From an uncultured Gemmatimonadota bacterium (GTDB taxonomy: Bacteria > JAAXHH01), in assembly GCA_951812955.1 (NCBI GenBank), contig OX638340.1:2176001-2240000 (forward strand): a DNA stretch of 64,000 nucleotides, written 5' to 3'. Made by a program: the position numbers and the translations under genes. Positions 51,161 to 61,152 of this stretch are shown one piece after another (position 1 is the first letter of the stretch; every line of letters begins with the position of its first letter). The notes under the pieces were generated by a model. It did not search any database. It was not told where the DNA came from and was given only the letters and a program-made list of their open reading frames with translations.

Positions 51161-53894
51161 CCGGCTGCTCGCGCTGTCCCAGGCCAGCGACGAAATGTTG
51201 CGCAGCGTGTTTCACCGGGACCGCCACGCCACGCTGTGCACGGTGACCCGGTGCGTCCACGACCTGTTGGATGCCGAGTACTGCGGCATCTTCCTGGCAC
51301 CGGACGACGCGCCGCACGAACTCGAACTGACGGCGCAGTACTCGGACCTGTCCGGTCACGACGATTCGGCGCCGGTCCGCTTGCGGATACACAGCGACAC
51401 CCGGGGGGGCATGACCGGTCATATCGCCGAGCAGGGAGACGTCGTGCGCCTGCGCGGCACGCAGATCACCGAAAGTCCCTTCTATACCTCGGAAGTGCGC
51501 GAATACCTCGCCAGCAAGAAGCTGCGATCCCTCCTCGCCATTCCGCTCAAGGATCCCAAGGACCTGGTCCTGGGACTCGTCAAGGTGGAAAACAAGAAGC
51601 GGCCCGATGGTCCATCCTCGGAGTCCGGCTTCGACGAGGCCGACGAATCCATCGCCCGCATCCTGGCCAATACCATCTCGCTCGTCCTGGAGCATCTGAG
51701 GACGGATTCCATCAACCGGAGCCTCGTGCAGGCGATTCACTCGATCCGGGACCGTGGCTCCATGCTCGAAGAGATCCTGCGCTGCAGCCGTGCGCTCGTC
51801 CACGCCGACCGAAGCGATCTCGCCCTCTGGAACGACGCGCTCGGCGACCTGGTCGTGGGCGCCCAGTTGGGGGAGCGCACGATGACCATGGGCCGGCCGG
51901 TCCCGGGACCCAGCATCGTGCGCCGGCTTTGGAACGATCCCGGTCTGCGCGAGGTCTGCATTCCCGACGTATCGGCAGAGCCGTACTACCATGCAATCGA
52001 CGTCAGAACCCGAAGCCAGGCGTCGGTCAAGCTTCGGTTCGAGGATCGGGACATCGGCGTACTGAACGTGGAATCCTTCAACGAAGACGCCTTCGACGAG
52101 CACGACCTGGAGATGCTCCAGTGGCTGGGCCACTACGCGGCCATCGCCTACCAGGTCGTCGGCAGGGAAGTCCAGTTCCGCGGGATCGTCGAGCGCCTCG
52201 TCGAACAGTCGCCGCCCCGCGACGAACTGCTCAACCGGATCCTCGTCAGCATACGGTCGATCTACGGGTTCACCGACTGCGTAATCTACACCGTGGACAA
52301 CACGGAGCAGATGCTCCAGTGCAGGTCGTACATCGGTTGCGAGGGATTCGACGAAGACCCTTCGGTGCTGAGTTACCGGTTCGACGATAACACCCTTGCG
52401 AGCAAGGTTTACCGCGATCGCAAGGGATACCTGTGCGCCGATCCCCAGACGGATCCCTACATCAGTCGGCACGCTCTCCACCGGTTCAAATTCAAGTCGC
52501 CCATACTCGCCATCCCCCTGATTTACAACGAGAAAGTCGTGGGCACCTGCACCCTATGGAGCCAGTCCGGGAAGGTGACGCCCGGCGAGCATCACCTGGT
52601 CGAGATGGAGCCCTTCGCCCGGCTGGCGGCCGCGAACATAGCCCTGGCGGAGACCGAGCGGCACCGAAGCACCGTACTGGAATCCATTCAGGAAATCCTC
52701 ACGCTCATGCAGACCGAGATGTCGCGGGACAAGAACCTGCGTCTCATCCTCCAGGGCGTACAGGCCGCGGGATTCGACCGGGTACGCATCTACGAGACGG
52801 ACGAGACCCGGGAGAAACTCGTTGGGATCGACTCCGTCGGCATGGCAGATTCCGAAACCTTCATCGGTTATTCCATGACCATCAGGGACAATCCCTACGT
52901 CGACCACGTGGCGAAGCAGTCGCTGACCCGGCCCGCCGCCTGCTGGTTCGACCCGGCCGACCCCGCCTTCTGGGGGACGGACCCGGCCGCCGCCAGCCTG
53001 GGCAAGGACGACGATCTGCCCTGGCTGGACGTTCCCCTGGTCATCGCGGGCAGGTTCTACGGCATGATCGGCGCGGACAACATGCATACCCGCCGCGAAA
53101 TCACCAGCGATCACCTGGATTTCATGAACGTCGTGGGTGCCCTGACCGCGCAGGTCATCGCCAACTCGAGAACCGTCGACCTCCTGCGCGACCGCACCCG
53201 CGCCGAGGCGCGAAGCGAACTGGCCCAGCGGACGCTACACGCTCTGAAGACGCCCGCCATGGCCACGCAGATCTTCCTGAGGCATCTCGGCGAGACGGTC
53301 GTCGACACGCCGTCGAACAACGGCCGGGCGGGAGAGCTCATGGACAAGATCCGCGGACAGGTCGACCGGATCGCCGCGATCGCGGAGGACATGCAGCGGT
53401 TGACCAAGCTGACCTTCACGCCGAAGCGAAAGGTGAACATCAACGAAGTGGTGCGCCGCACCGTCATGGACGGCCTGATCAGCGACGACTGCCACGCGGA
53501 GTTCGACTTCGTGGAACCGGCGCCCATCGTCGAAGCAAACGTGGAAGAAATCGACCAGGTCATTACCGAACTGACCGGCAACGCGTGGAAGGTCATGGGG
53601 TACCGGGGAGATATCCAGGTATCCACCCGGATGGGTTCATCCGCCGACTATCCCCGGTTGTTGCACGGGAAAGAGGGCCGGTACGTGCTGATCAACGTGC
53701 GCGATACGGGCCCCGGGATCCCGGAGACCATGCTCAAAGAACTCTTCGAACCCGGCGTGTCGACCACCGGCGGTTCCGGGCTCGGGCTGTATGCCATACG
53801 GACCATCGCCGAGGAGCACCAGGGCGAGGTCTGGCTCGAGGATACCGGTCCGCAAGGCGCCACCTTTACCTTCGCCCTGCCCCTTGCGGGCTGA
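51135..53894 (+). CDS. Cytoplasmic multi-GAF sensor histidine kinase
   Basis: 919 aa with no TM segments. At least 3 GAF-like domains. H-box-like [14 protein letters not shown]-terminal HATPase_c ([16 protein letters not shown]). Confidence 0.75.
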   Translation: MNVPSVPVDRLLALSQASDEMLRSVFHRDRHATLCTVTRCVHDLLDAEYCGIFLAPDDAPHELELTAQYSDLSGHDDSAPVRLRIHSDTRGGMTGHIAEQGDVVRLRGTQITESPFYTSEVREYLASKKLRSLLAIPLKDPKDLVLGLVKVENKKRPDGPSSESGFDEADESIARILANTISLVLEHLRTDSINRSLVQAIHSIRDRGSMLEEILRCSRALVHADRSDLALWNDALGDLVVGAQLGERTMTMGRPVPGPSIVRRLWNDPGLREVCIPDVSAEPYYHAIDVRTRSQASVKLRFEDRDIGVLNVESFNEDAFDEHDLEMLQWLGHYAAIAYQVVGREVQFRGIVERLVEQSPPRDELLNRILVSIRSIYGFTDCVIYTVDNTEQMLQCRSYIGCEGFDEDPSVLSYRFDDNTLASKVYRDRKGYLCADPQTDPYISRHALHRFKFKSPILAIPLIYNEKVVGTCTLWSQSGKVTPGEHHLVEMEPFARLAAANIALAETERHRSTVLESIQEILTLMQTEMSRDKNLRLILQGVQAAGFDRVRIYETDETREKLVGIDSVGMADSETFIGYSMTIRDNPYVDHVAKQSLTRPAACWFDPADPAFWGTDPAAASLGKDDDLPWLDVPLVIAGRFYGMIGADNMHTRREITSDHLDFMNVVGALTAQVIANSRTVDLLRDRTRAEARSELAQRTLHALKTPAMATQIFLRHLGETVVDTPSNNGRAGELMDKIRGQVDRIAAIAEDMQRLTKLTFTPKRKVNINEVVRRTVMDGLISDDCHAEFDFVEPAPIVEANVEEIDQVITELTGNAWKVMGYRGDIQVSTRMGSSADYPRLLHGKEGRYVLINVRDTGPGIPETMLKELFEPGVSTTGGSGLGLYAIRTIAEEHQGEVWLEDTGPQGATFTFALPLAG

Positions 53895-53935
53895 ACGACA
53901 TTCCGGGCACGGACAAACTCACTGACGGGCATGCC

Positions 53936-55099
53936 ATGGCCAAACCCCTCGTATTGCTCCTCGACGACGATCCCGCCATGATCGATGCCGTTTCCCTCGA
54001 TCTGGAACCGGATTTCGACGTCATCTGCGCCAATGGGGTGGATGAATGCGTGGAGCGGATCGGCAGCGCCCGTGGCGCCGTCGACGTGGCGGTGATCGAC
54101 ATGTGGATCGAAACGGACCGGGAAGGTGGACTCGAAGCGATCCGGCGCATCCGGGCCCTGGAGTCTCCGCCGGAATGCGTCGTGCTGACCGCCTACGGCA
54201 CCCAGCCCAACATCGTGAAGTGCATGGAGGCAGGGGCCTTCAGTTACGTGGAGAAATCGGGCCGGGTCGCCGACGATACCACCGGACTGTTGATCACGGC
54301 CATCAACCGGGCGTTGGAAACGCGCCACCTGAAACAGCTCGAGGCGGCCCAGGAACAGATCAAGGCGGACGAGCGTCTCAAGCAGGACATCCAGCGCGCC
54401 TACGAGATCCAGCGTTCCATGCTGCCCCAGGAGGACCTGGCACACGCCGGTATGCGGTTCACCGGTTACTGCCGGCCGGCCGAGAACGTGGGAGGCGACT
54501 ATTACGACTACTTCTCGCTGCCGGACGGGCGGGTCGGCCTGCTGATCGGCGACGTGACCGGGCACGGGTTCAACGCGAGCCTGATCATGGCCATGGCGCG
54601 CAGCTGCCGGTCAACCCAGACCCGTGTCGACCCCGATGTCCCGCCGGTCATGGACGCCCTCAACCGGATCGTACAGACCACCGGTCCCAACTGGCTCTTC
54701 ATGACGGCCTGCTACCTGCTGATCGATCCAGCCGAACGTCGGTACGCCTACGCCAACGCCGGCCATCACTTCCCGCTTCACTACCACGCGGATACCCGCA
54801 CGGCCGACCCCCTGGAGTCCACCGGCCCCCTGCTGGGGATATACGCCGGCACGACCTTCGAAGCCGTGGAACGGACCTGGAACCCCGGCGACACGCTGGT
54901 CCTCTTTTCGGACGGGATCGTCGAGGCGGAAAACGCCACGGAAGAGGTCTTCGGAGAAGACCGCCTCCGGGCGCTCGTGGAAACCCATGGACACGAACCG
55001 CCGGCGGACCTGAAGCAGCGCATAATCGACGCCGTCGAGACGTTCAGCCAAGGCGTTCCGTTCATGGACGACGTGACACTCGTGGTGGCGAGACTCTAG
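53936..55099 (+). CDS. Response regulator with REC domain + PP2C-type (SpoIIE/RsbU-like) phosphatase output
   Basis: MAKPLVLLLDDD...D phospho-acceptor. C-terminal PP2C motifs (GGDYYDYF, GDVTGHG, DGIVEAEN). Listed 888-aa ORF upstream of 53936 is out-of-frame overlap with the kinase gene. Confidence 0.8.
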   Translation: MAKPLVLLLDDDPAMIDAVSLDLEPDFDVICANGVDECVERIGSARGAVDVAVIDMWIETDREGGLEAIRRIRALESPPECVVLTAYGTQPNIVKCMEAGAFSYVEKSGRVADDTTGLLITAINRALETRHLKQLEAAQEQIKADERLKQDIQRAYEIQRSMLPQEDLAHAGMRFTGYCRPAENVGGDYYDYFSLPDGRVGLLIGDVTGHGFNASLIMAMARSCRSTQTRVDPDVPPVMDALNRIVQTTGPNWLFMTACYLLIDPAERRYAYANAGHHFPLHYHADTRTADPLESTGPLLGIYAGTTFEAVERTWNPGDTLVLFSDGIVEAENATEEVFGEDRLRALVETHGHEPPADLKQRIIDAVETFSQGVPFMDDVTLVVARL

Positions 55100-55129
55100 A
55101 GCGGTATTCCGGGACGAGATTTTTCGATC

Positions 55130-55252
55130 GAACATCAGATGCCATGCCCGTGGCACGTTGCGAGCGAAGCCATGGCGAACTTCCCCGGCGAGACAACATC
55201 GTTGGAACATCAGATGCCATGCCCGTGGCACGTTGCGAGCGAAGCCATGGCG
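55130..55252. repeat. Tandem direct repeat (2 x 48 bp, 75-bp period), each copy with a TGCCA/TGGCA hairpin and a GCCATGGC palindrome
   Basis: Copy 1 at 55130-55177 and copy 2 at 55205-55252, identical. Lies between the REC-PP2C gene and the GNAT gene. Confidence 0.8.
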
Positions 55253-55276
55253 TAGCGCTGAGTTGAGGACACTGTC

Positions 55277-55858
55277 TTGAAAATTGTCGAAGAACCACTG
55301 ACAAGGCTGACCGAGCACGGCCAGGTGCCCATCGCCTTCGAGGTGAAATCCCGTTTCCGGACCGATCCGGTGGACGGCGGCCTCGGCGGCATCGCGCTGG
55401 TAGAAGAACCGGTGCATCCCTCCTACGTAAAGGACTACGACCGGACGTCCGAAGAAGGACCCGCCGGATGGCTCGGGCGGTGGCGCGAGCGGTGGGACAC
55501 TTCGGCGTGGGGGATGCTTGCGGCCTATGACGGTTCTCGACGGGTGGGCGGGGCGGTACTTGCCCGGCGCACGGACAGAGTGAACATGCTGGAGGGGCGG
55601 GACGACCTGACGGTGCTTTGGGACCTGCGCGTCCACCCGGACTATCGCGGGACCGGCTTCGGGCGAGCTCTGTTCGAAGCCACCGTGGAATGGGCGCGCC
55701 GACACGGTTGCGTCGAGTTGAAGATCGAAACCCAGAATAACAACGTTCCCGCGTGCAGGTTCTATGCCCGCCAGGGGTGCCGCCTTGGTGCCATCATCTC
55801 CAACGCCTACGAAGAGTTCCCGGACGAGATTCAGCTGATATGGCGACTGCCGATCTGA
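55277..55858 (+). CDS. GNAT family N-acetyltransferase
   Basis: Acetyl-CoA binding motif RGTGFGRALFEATVEWAR. The start codon is uncertain (TTG at 55277). Confidence 0.6.
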   Translation: MKIVEEPLTRLTEHGQVPIAFEVKSRFRTDPVDGGLGGIALVEEPVHPSYVKDYDRTSEEGPAGWLGRWRERWDTSAWGMLAAYDGSRRVGGAVLARRTDRVNMLEGRDDLTVLWDLRVHPDYRGTGFGRALFEATVEWARRHGCVELKIETQNNNVPACRFYARQGCRLGAIISNAYEEFPDEIQLIWRLPI

Positions 55859-56061
55859 CGGGGATTTCCGCCTTGCGTCCCGGTTGCGCCGGCTTATAAT
55901 GAGGAGTATCCGGCAGCACGGGAATTCTCACGGTCCCTCGCATCGAGAGCGCCGGCCCGCTGAGGGCACCGGCTCACCACAGGATATATCGAAGTAGAGC
56001 TGTACAATTGTACAGCTGAAAGACCGGACCACAACCTGGACAGGCAGCCTCGGACCGCTCC

Positions 56062-56910
56062 ATGCACCCCACGCCCCTGACCGAATCCCAGCGACGTTCT
56101 TTTGAAGAGGACGGTTTCCTCATCGTCCCGGGCGCACTCGACCCCGCTCAAATCGATGCGCTGACGGAAACAGGCGACCGGCTCCTGGATGGTTTCGAGT
56201 ACCCGGGTTTTTACGCCCATCGCCGTCCCGGTCTCGTGCAGGAGAAGCCCTTTCTGGATCTCGTAACGAACGATCGCACGGTCCCGCTGATCGTGGCCTT
56301 GCTCGGTTTCAACATCCACATCACGAACACGGCCCTCATCCACAAGCACCCAGAGGCGCCAGGGGATACCGATCAAGTCAACTGGCACCGCGACGTGGGC
56401 GTTTCACTGGACGTGGGTCACGTGAAGGTACCGCTGGTCGGCCTGAAGATCGGCTATTGCCTGACGGATTTCCTCGGTCCGGACACGGGCACGACCCTGT
56501 TCGTCCGGGGCAGCAATAACATGAAGTCTGCGCTCGCGATACGGAAGGGGCAGATCCATCCGGACGAATACGTGCAGCCGGTCCTCCGGGCTGGCGACGC
56601 TTTTCTCTTCGAAAACCGGACCTACCACGCGGCCGGACTGAATTTCACGAAACAGATCGCCAAACTGGTCATCTATGGCTATCACTACCGGTGGATCAAG
56701 CCGGACCACTACATGCGGTTCTACAACGATACGCCGCAGCCCGATGCCAGCCTGCTCGAGGGAACCGACGACGTGGGCCGCCAGTTGCTGGGCGCTACGG
56801 TGGACTCCGAGGGCCGCGAAGCGCCCGACGGCATCGACTGGCCCATCCGGGAATGGGCCGATCAGCACGGACTCGACGTAGCGCAGTACACGCACACCGT
56901 AGATGCCTGA
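56062..56910 (+). CDS. Phytanoyl-CoA dioxygenase (PhyH) family protein (second copy)
   Basis: FEEDGFLIVPGAL, HRD and HAAGLN motifs. Distant paralog of the 40612-41361 gene. Confidence 0.65.
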   Translation: MHPTPLTESQRRSFEEDGFLIVPGALDPAQIDALTETGDRLLDGFEYPGFYAHRRPGLVQEKPFLDLVTNDRTVPLIVALLGFNIHITNTALIHKHPEAPGDTDQVNWHRDVGVSLDVGHVKVPLVGLKIGYCLTDFLGPDTGTTLFVRGSNNMKSALAIRKGQIHPDEYVQPVLRAGDAFLFENRTYHAAGLNFTKQIAKLVIYGYHYRWIKPDHYMRFYNDTPQPDASLLEGTDDVGRQLLGATVDSEGREAPDGIDWPIREWADQHGLDVAQYTHTVDA

Positions 56911-56979
56911 TCGATTTGCTCGAAACTGACCGGACTGTTTCCAGAAGGTCCGCTGCAACCCAAGTCTGCACAGGTTCCC

Positions 56980-57707
56980 ATGTACCTGAAACACATGCTT
57001 CCCCATCAACTGCGCAAGGCGGTGGAACGGGGCGACCCACTGCTGGTCCCCGCGCCGGATGCGTCGAGACCCACGGGCCGCACATGGCCATCGGCCACGA
57101 TACGATCATCGTGGAAGAGATCTGCGACCGGGTGGCCAGACGCGTTGAAGCCGTCATCTCGCCGCCCTTCGACTTCGGCCCCACCGGCTACGCGCTGGGC
57201 GGCCCCGAAGACGGCACCATTGATCCCGATTACGATTCCTTCGGGTCGTTCGTGAAGTCAATCTTGCGCAACTTCCTGGAGATGGGCTTCCGGCGGATCT
57301 ACGTAATCATCATGCACCAGGGCATGGAAGCGCCGCTGGCGCTCACCTTCAAGAAGGCCGCAGCGGAACTGTCCTTTGAAATGGTCCTGGCCGAAGGCAA
57401 GCCGCGGGGATGGTGGGCGGACGCCGCGCTGTCCAGGACATCGCAACAGTTCGGTCGGATCCAGGTACATCCCATGATCCTGCCTGCAGCGTCTCCACCG
57501 GCCGGAGGCGACCACGCCGGCTACAACGAGACCTCATTCCTATTGGCCACGCGCCCCGAACTGGTCGACCAGGAACAGTTGGACGAGAACGCGCCGTGGT
57601 ACTGCCGGCAGGATGAAGAACGGAACAGCTGGACAGCCAACGCTCAGCACGGGGCGTCGATGGTCGAAGCTGTCGTCGATGCCTGGGTTGCATTACTGCA
57701 GGACTGA
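56980..57707 (+). pseudogene. Creatininase-family amidohydrolase with an internal frameshift
   Basis: The N-terminal 22 aa (MLPHQLRKAVERGDPLLVP) are in one frame. VETHGPHMAIGHDTII...FRRIYVIIMHQG, the conserved creatininase core, continues in another frame. The junction is a GC-expansion near 57045 (ccgcgccgg). Confidence 0.55.
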
Positions 57708-57746
57708 ATTCCAATCGAAGTGCTTTATTGTAGAAAGGAGCAAAGC

Positions 57747-58457
57747 ATGCGGTCCATTTTCGTCGGTATCGAGTACGCCGGCAAATCCACCCTCATCGAT
57801 CTGCTGGACGCCTATTACCAGAAACGGAGGCGCCGGACGCACCTGGATGATCATTTCACCATCCCGGACGCTTCACTGAGTCCCGTGTCCAGGGCTCAGT
57901 ACGTCCACTACCCCGACGACGTGAAAGAACGCATGCAGCGGATGCAACTGCACTACCACGTGGAGGTGATCCGCAACTACCCCCATACGCTGATCGCCGG
58001 CTGGCACATCGAGGAAGCCGTCTACTGCGACGTGTACGGCAACGTGGCGGGGAATCCCTATTACCCCAACTACATCCACAACAACCAGCGGCATTACGAG
58101 GTGCTGGTGCTGGAAGCCCGACTGCCCGACGTCGTGCTGATCCACCTCACGGCCGACGACGAGGCGATCCGGGAGCGCATGCGCACCGATCCCCACGAGT
58201 ACCAGATCATCGACGAGAAGGATGTACCGGATCTGAAGAAGCGCTTTGAGGACGAAGTCGACCGGTCGCTCCTGACGCGCAACGGCCACCTCATCACGCT
58301 GGATACGACCGAAAAGTCTCCAGAGGAATCGCTGGACGAATTGCTGCTCAAGACGGATCCGCTGGTGACCGACGGGGAACTGGCCATGCGGGCCATGCCG
58401 GTGCCCGAGGGAGATTACGAGGTACGGTACGAGAAGGGTGTGAGGACGTTGGTGTAA
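57747..58457 (+). CDS. P-loop NTPase (putative nucleoside/nucleotide kinase-like)
   Basis: Walker A GIEYAGKST. AAAGGAG RBS 8 nt upstream of the ATG at 57747. Confidence 0.5.
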   Translation: MRSIFVGIEYAGKSTLIDLLDAYYQKRRRRTHLDDHFTIPDASLSPVSRAQYVHYPDDVKERMQRMQLHYHVEVIRNYPHTLIAGWHIEEAVYCDVYGNVAGNPYYPNYIHNNQRHYEVLVLEARLPDVVLIHLTADDEAIRERMRTDPHEYQIIDEKDVPDLKKRFEDEVDRSLLTRNGHLITLDTTEKSPEESLDELLLKTDPLVTDGELAMRAMPVPEGDYEVRYEKGVRTLV

Positions 58458-58615
58458 ATGGACGGTGGCAAACACCTATTCAAGACTAAATTGAGTCTGG
58501 ATACTAGATTGCCGACTCGTTTTTCGACTGTATTATAATAGCAGCGGCCATCGACCAGATCGGCTTTCTCAATACATGTTGTCAGTAAGGACTTCGGTTC
58601 TAACTGGACCATCAT

Positions 58616-58855
58616 ATGGATAATCTGGCTTTGATAGTAGACTCGGTATCTACCATATGCCTCGTAGTCTTGGCAATCGTCACCCTGTCATGGAAGTTCT
58701 CACAAAGAAATCAGGGCGAGTTGCAGGAGGTACGTGATTCCATTAATGAAATCAAAAACGTACTGTTTGACATCAATGGCAGACTGGGACGAGTTGAAGG
58801 GCAGTTGGCTTCTGGCTTAGGTAGCAGCGAGGAGAAAATTAACAGTGACAAGTAG
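58616..58855 (+). CDS. Small hypothetical membrane-anchored protein (79 aa) in AT-rich islet A
   Basis: N-terminal TM helix plus a coiled-coil-like tail. Local GC is far below the window average. Confidence 0.4.
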   Translation: MDNLALIVDSVSTICLVVLAIVTLSWKFSQRNQGELQEVRDSINEIKNVLFDINGRLGRVEGQLASGLGSSEEKINSDK

Positions 58856-59120
58856 ATTGTCTTTAGAAGCTAAAACGCTGGTTCTGAAGGCCTTGCAAAC
58901 CGAAGATGGGCTGATTTTGACCGGGCAGACTTTCGGAGGTTGGTTCATTCAGACCGGTAACTGGAATACCGGGTTTGTGAAAGGACACGATGCGGCCAGA
59001 TGGAAAGACGCACTGGAAACGTTGTATTTAAACCAGTTTATCAAACTTACCGGCGTCCACCTGTATGAACTCACATCCAATGGCCGGCAGTTGAGCAATT
59101 CTCTCAGTGCCGAAGATTAG
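58845..59120 (+). CDS. Small hypothetical protein (91 aa), GTG start overlapping the previous ORF
   Basis: An 11-nt overlap suggests translational coupling. No known domain. Confidence 0.35.
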   Translation: MTSRLSLEAKTLVLKALQTEDGLILTGQTFGGWFIQTGNWNTGFVKGHDAARWKDALETLYLNQFIKLTGVHLYELTSNGRQLSNSLSAED

Positions 59121-59236
59121 CATCTACCCTCAATAGGGCCCCGGGCAGAAGTCCGGGGCTTTTCCATTCTGGGTGGTGATTCAGGGCTATATCCAATTTA
59201 ACTAATACAATCCGATTGATCTAGCTTGTCGGGTTT

Positions 59237-60376
59237 CTAAGCCGCCATTTCCTTGCCCTGAGCTTCCCTTATGCACTCCGCGAGAATGGGTATGCCATCG
59301 CGGATATCCTCAATCGTGGGGAAACCGTACGCGATGCGCAGGTAGGGAATATCCTCTCCCAGGGCGCTGAATCCCTGCCCCGGCGTGTAGTAGACGTCGC
59401 GGCTTGCCGCCAGTTGGTGGGCCTTGCGCGTGTCCGTCGCCGATGGGATCCGTACCCACACGAACATGCCGCCGGGCGGATCCGTCCACCAGACCTCATC
59501 GCCCAACGCGCCGAAGTGGGCCTCCAGCGATTCGACGACCGCGTCCTTGCGCGCTTTCATGACGCGGTTCACTTCTGCGATGTGGTCCCATAGATGCTCG
59601 CCGAAGTATTCCGCTACGATCATGCTCGCCAGGGCGTTCGTCCCTCCGTCCATCTTGTTGGCCATGATCCGCTGCTGCAACGCCTCCGGGGCCATGAAAT
59701 AACCCTGCCTCACGCCTGGTCCGAGTATCTTGGAGAAAGAACCGACGTAAACGACCCGTTCGTCTTCGTCCAGATGATACAGGTTCGGCGGCACCGGATC
59801 GGACTGGAACACGATGTCCCCGTAGCAGTGGTCGTCCACGACCGGCGTATCAAACTCGCGAGCCAATTCGAGCAGGCGTTCCCGCCGTTCCAGCGGCATG
59901 ATAGAGCCCGTTGGATTGTGATGGGTGGGGATGGTGTAGATGAACTTCGGCGGCGTTCCCGCGTCGACAAGACCCTGCAATACGGTCTCCAGTTCGTCCG
60001 TGACCAGTCCCTGTTCGTCGAGCGGCGCAGGCACGATGCGCACCTGCCTGCTGCGAAACACACTCAACGAGCCGCCGTAAGAAAAGGATTCCGTGACGAT
60101 CGTGTCTCCGGGTGACGCGAAGGCGTCCGTGATCAACTGCAGCGCCTGCATCGAACCAGAGGTTAAAACGATCTCTTCCAGGGGCACCGCTCGTCCAGTG
60201 CCGCGCGCGAATCGCTGCGAAGCGATGGCTCTCAACGGTTCGTATCCCCGGCCGTCCGGGTAGTTTACCAGTTCCGAGCCGCGTGCGGCAATGACCTTTG
60301 CCGCGGCCTCGGCCAGCGCATCTGACGGGAAGGACAGGGGGTCGGGCCGTCCGGCGCCTAGATTGATCTCACGCAT
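59237..60376 (-). CDS. PLP-dependent aminotransferase, class I/II fold (2-aminoadipate/aromatic aminotransferase-like)
   Basis: 379 aa. PLP-lysine context YVGSFSKILGPGVRQGY. GC-rich like the backbone. Confidence 0.7.
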   Translation of the reverse strand: MREINLGAGRPDPLSFPSDALAEAAAKVIAARGSELVNYPDGRGYEPLRAIASQRFARGTGRAVPLEEIVLTSGSMQALQLITDAFASPGDTIVTESFSYGGSLSVFRSRQVRIVPAPLDEQGLVTDELETVLQGLVDAGTPPKFIYTIPTHHNPTGSIMPLERRERLLELAREFDTPVVDDHCYGDIVFQSDPVPPNLYHLDEDERVVYVGSFSKILGPGVRQGYFMAPEALQQRIMANKMDGGTNALASMIVAEYFGEHLWDHIAEVNRVMKARKDAVVESLEAHFGALGDEVWWTDPPGGMFVWVRIPSATDTRKAHQLAASRDVYYTPGQGFSALGEDIPYLRIAYGFPTIEDIRDGIPILAECIREAQGKEMAA

Positions 60377-60507
60377 CGATTTGCTCCTGCAGAACTTGGA
60401 TGTATTAGTATCGGTTTTTTGCTGCTAAATACAATCAGGATATCTCACCAACTAGATGGTGTTACAGTCTCAGTGTTTAATGGTAATGGAGAACTGCACT
60501 GTCTTTG

Positions 60508-61152
60508 TCACCTACGTGATCGCGATGGTACTGAACAATGATCATCCAATATTTTAACAAGAGACATACAAACACTTCTCATCTGACTAATCGCACTACT
60601 TATCTCTGATCGAGTATATCTGCGTCCGATATTCTCCGGTGGTTCTCGACCATGGGCAATAGCATTTCTGTGTGCGACCACTTCGTCTATTCGATTTCTA
60701 TGTTTTCGTCGGCGTACAGGCATCCGCCGAATACCAAAAACCCCAAAAATAAATCGCAGATGCGAGTATCTATAATGTGTTCCGTCGGTAGGTGGTTTGA
60801 TATTACTGGACAGATCAGGCTTTTGATCTGAAAATGCACGTTCAAATACTTTAACTCGATTTAACCATTCCTTACTTCGCGACCCGTCCCGCAATGATTT
60901 CAATTCTGGATCCAAGTAAATAGCCATTAGTGTAGGCAACAGATCTTTCATCATGTGTTTGTGGTTTTTAATCGCTTCTACTGCCCCAATCACTGCGTTA
61001 TTCACAGTGTATTCGTAGACAGCGTAAGTCTGCACAAACAAAAGCCCCTTGGCAACGACTGCTTGGTGTTCTTCCAGCTTCCTTGTCGCCTTCCAAAATT
61101 GCTCAATTGATAAAAACCGAGTTTCAATTTCTGTCTTAAGTGCTGGGAACAT
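60508..61152 (-). CDS. HEPN-like protein (R-x4-H motif: HRNAIAHG) - putative RNase partner of the DUF262 protein
   Basis: 214 aa. C-terminal EVVAHRNAIAHGREPP matches the HEPN Rx4-6H (RNxxxHG) signature. 17-nt overlap with the upstream DUF262 gene. AT-rich. Confidence 0.55.
   Translation of the reverse strand: MFPALKTEIETRFLSIEQFWKATRKLEEHQAVVAKGLLFVQTYAVYEYTVNNAVIGAVEAIKNHKHMMKDLLPTLMAIYLDPELKSLRDGSRSKEWLNRVKVFERAFSDQKPDLSSNIKPPTDGTHYRYSHLRFIFGVFGIRRMPVRRRKHRNRIDEVVAHRNAIAHGREPPENIGRRYTRSEISSAISQMRSVCMSLVKILDDHCSVPSRSRR

Noticed and set aside
52433-53935. N-terminal approx. 500 aa of the 888-aa ORF 52433-55099.
   Set aside because: Out-of-frame overlap with the GAF histidine-kinase gene. 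The real response-regulator gene begins at MAKPLVLLLDDD (53936).
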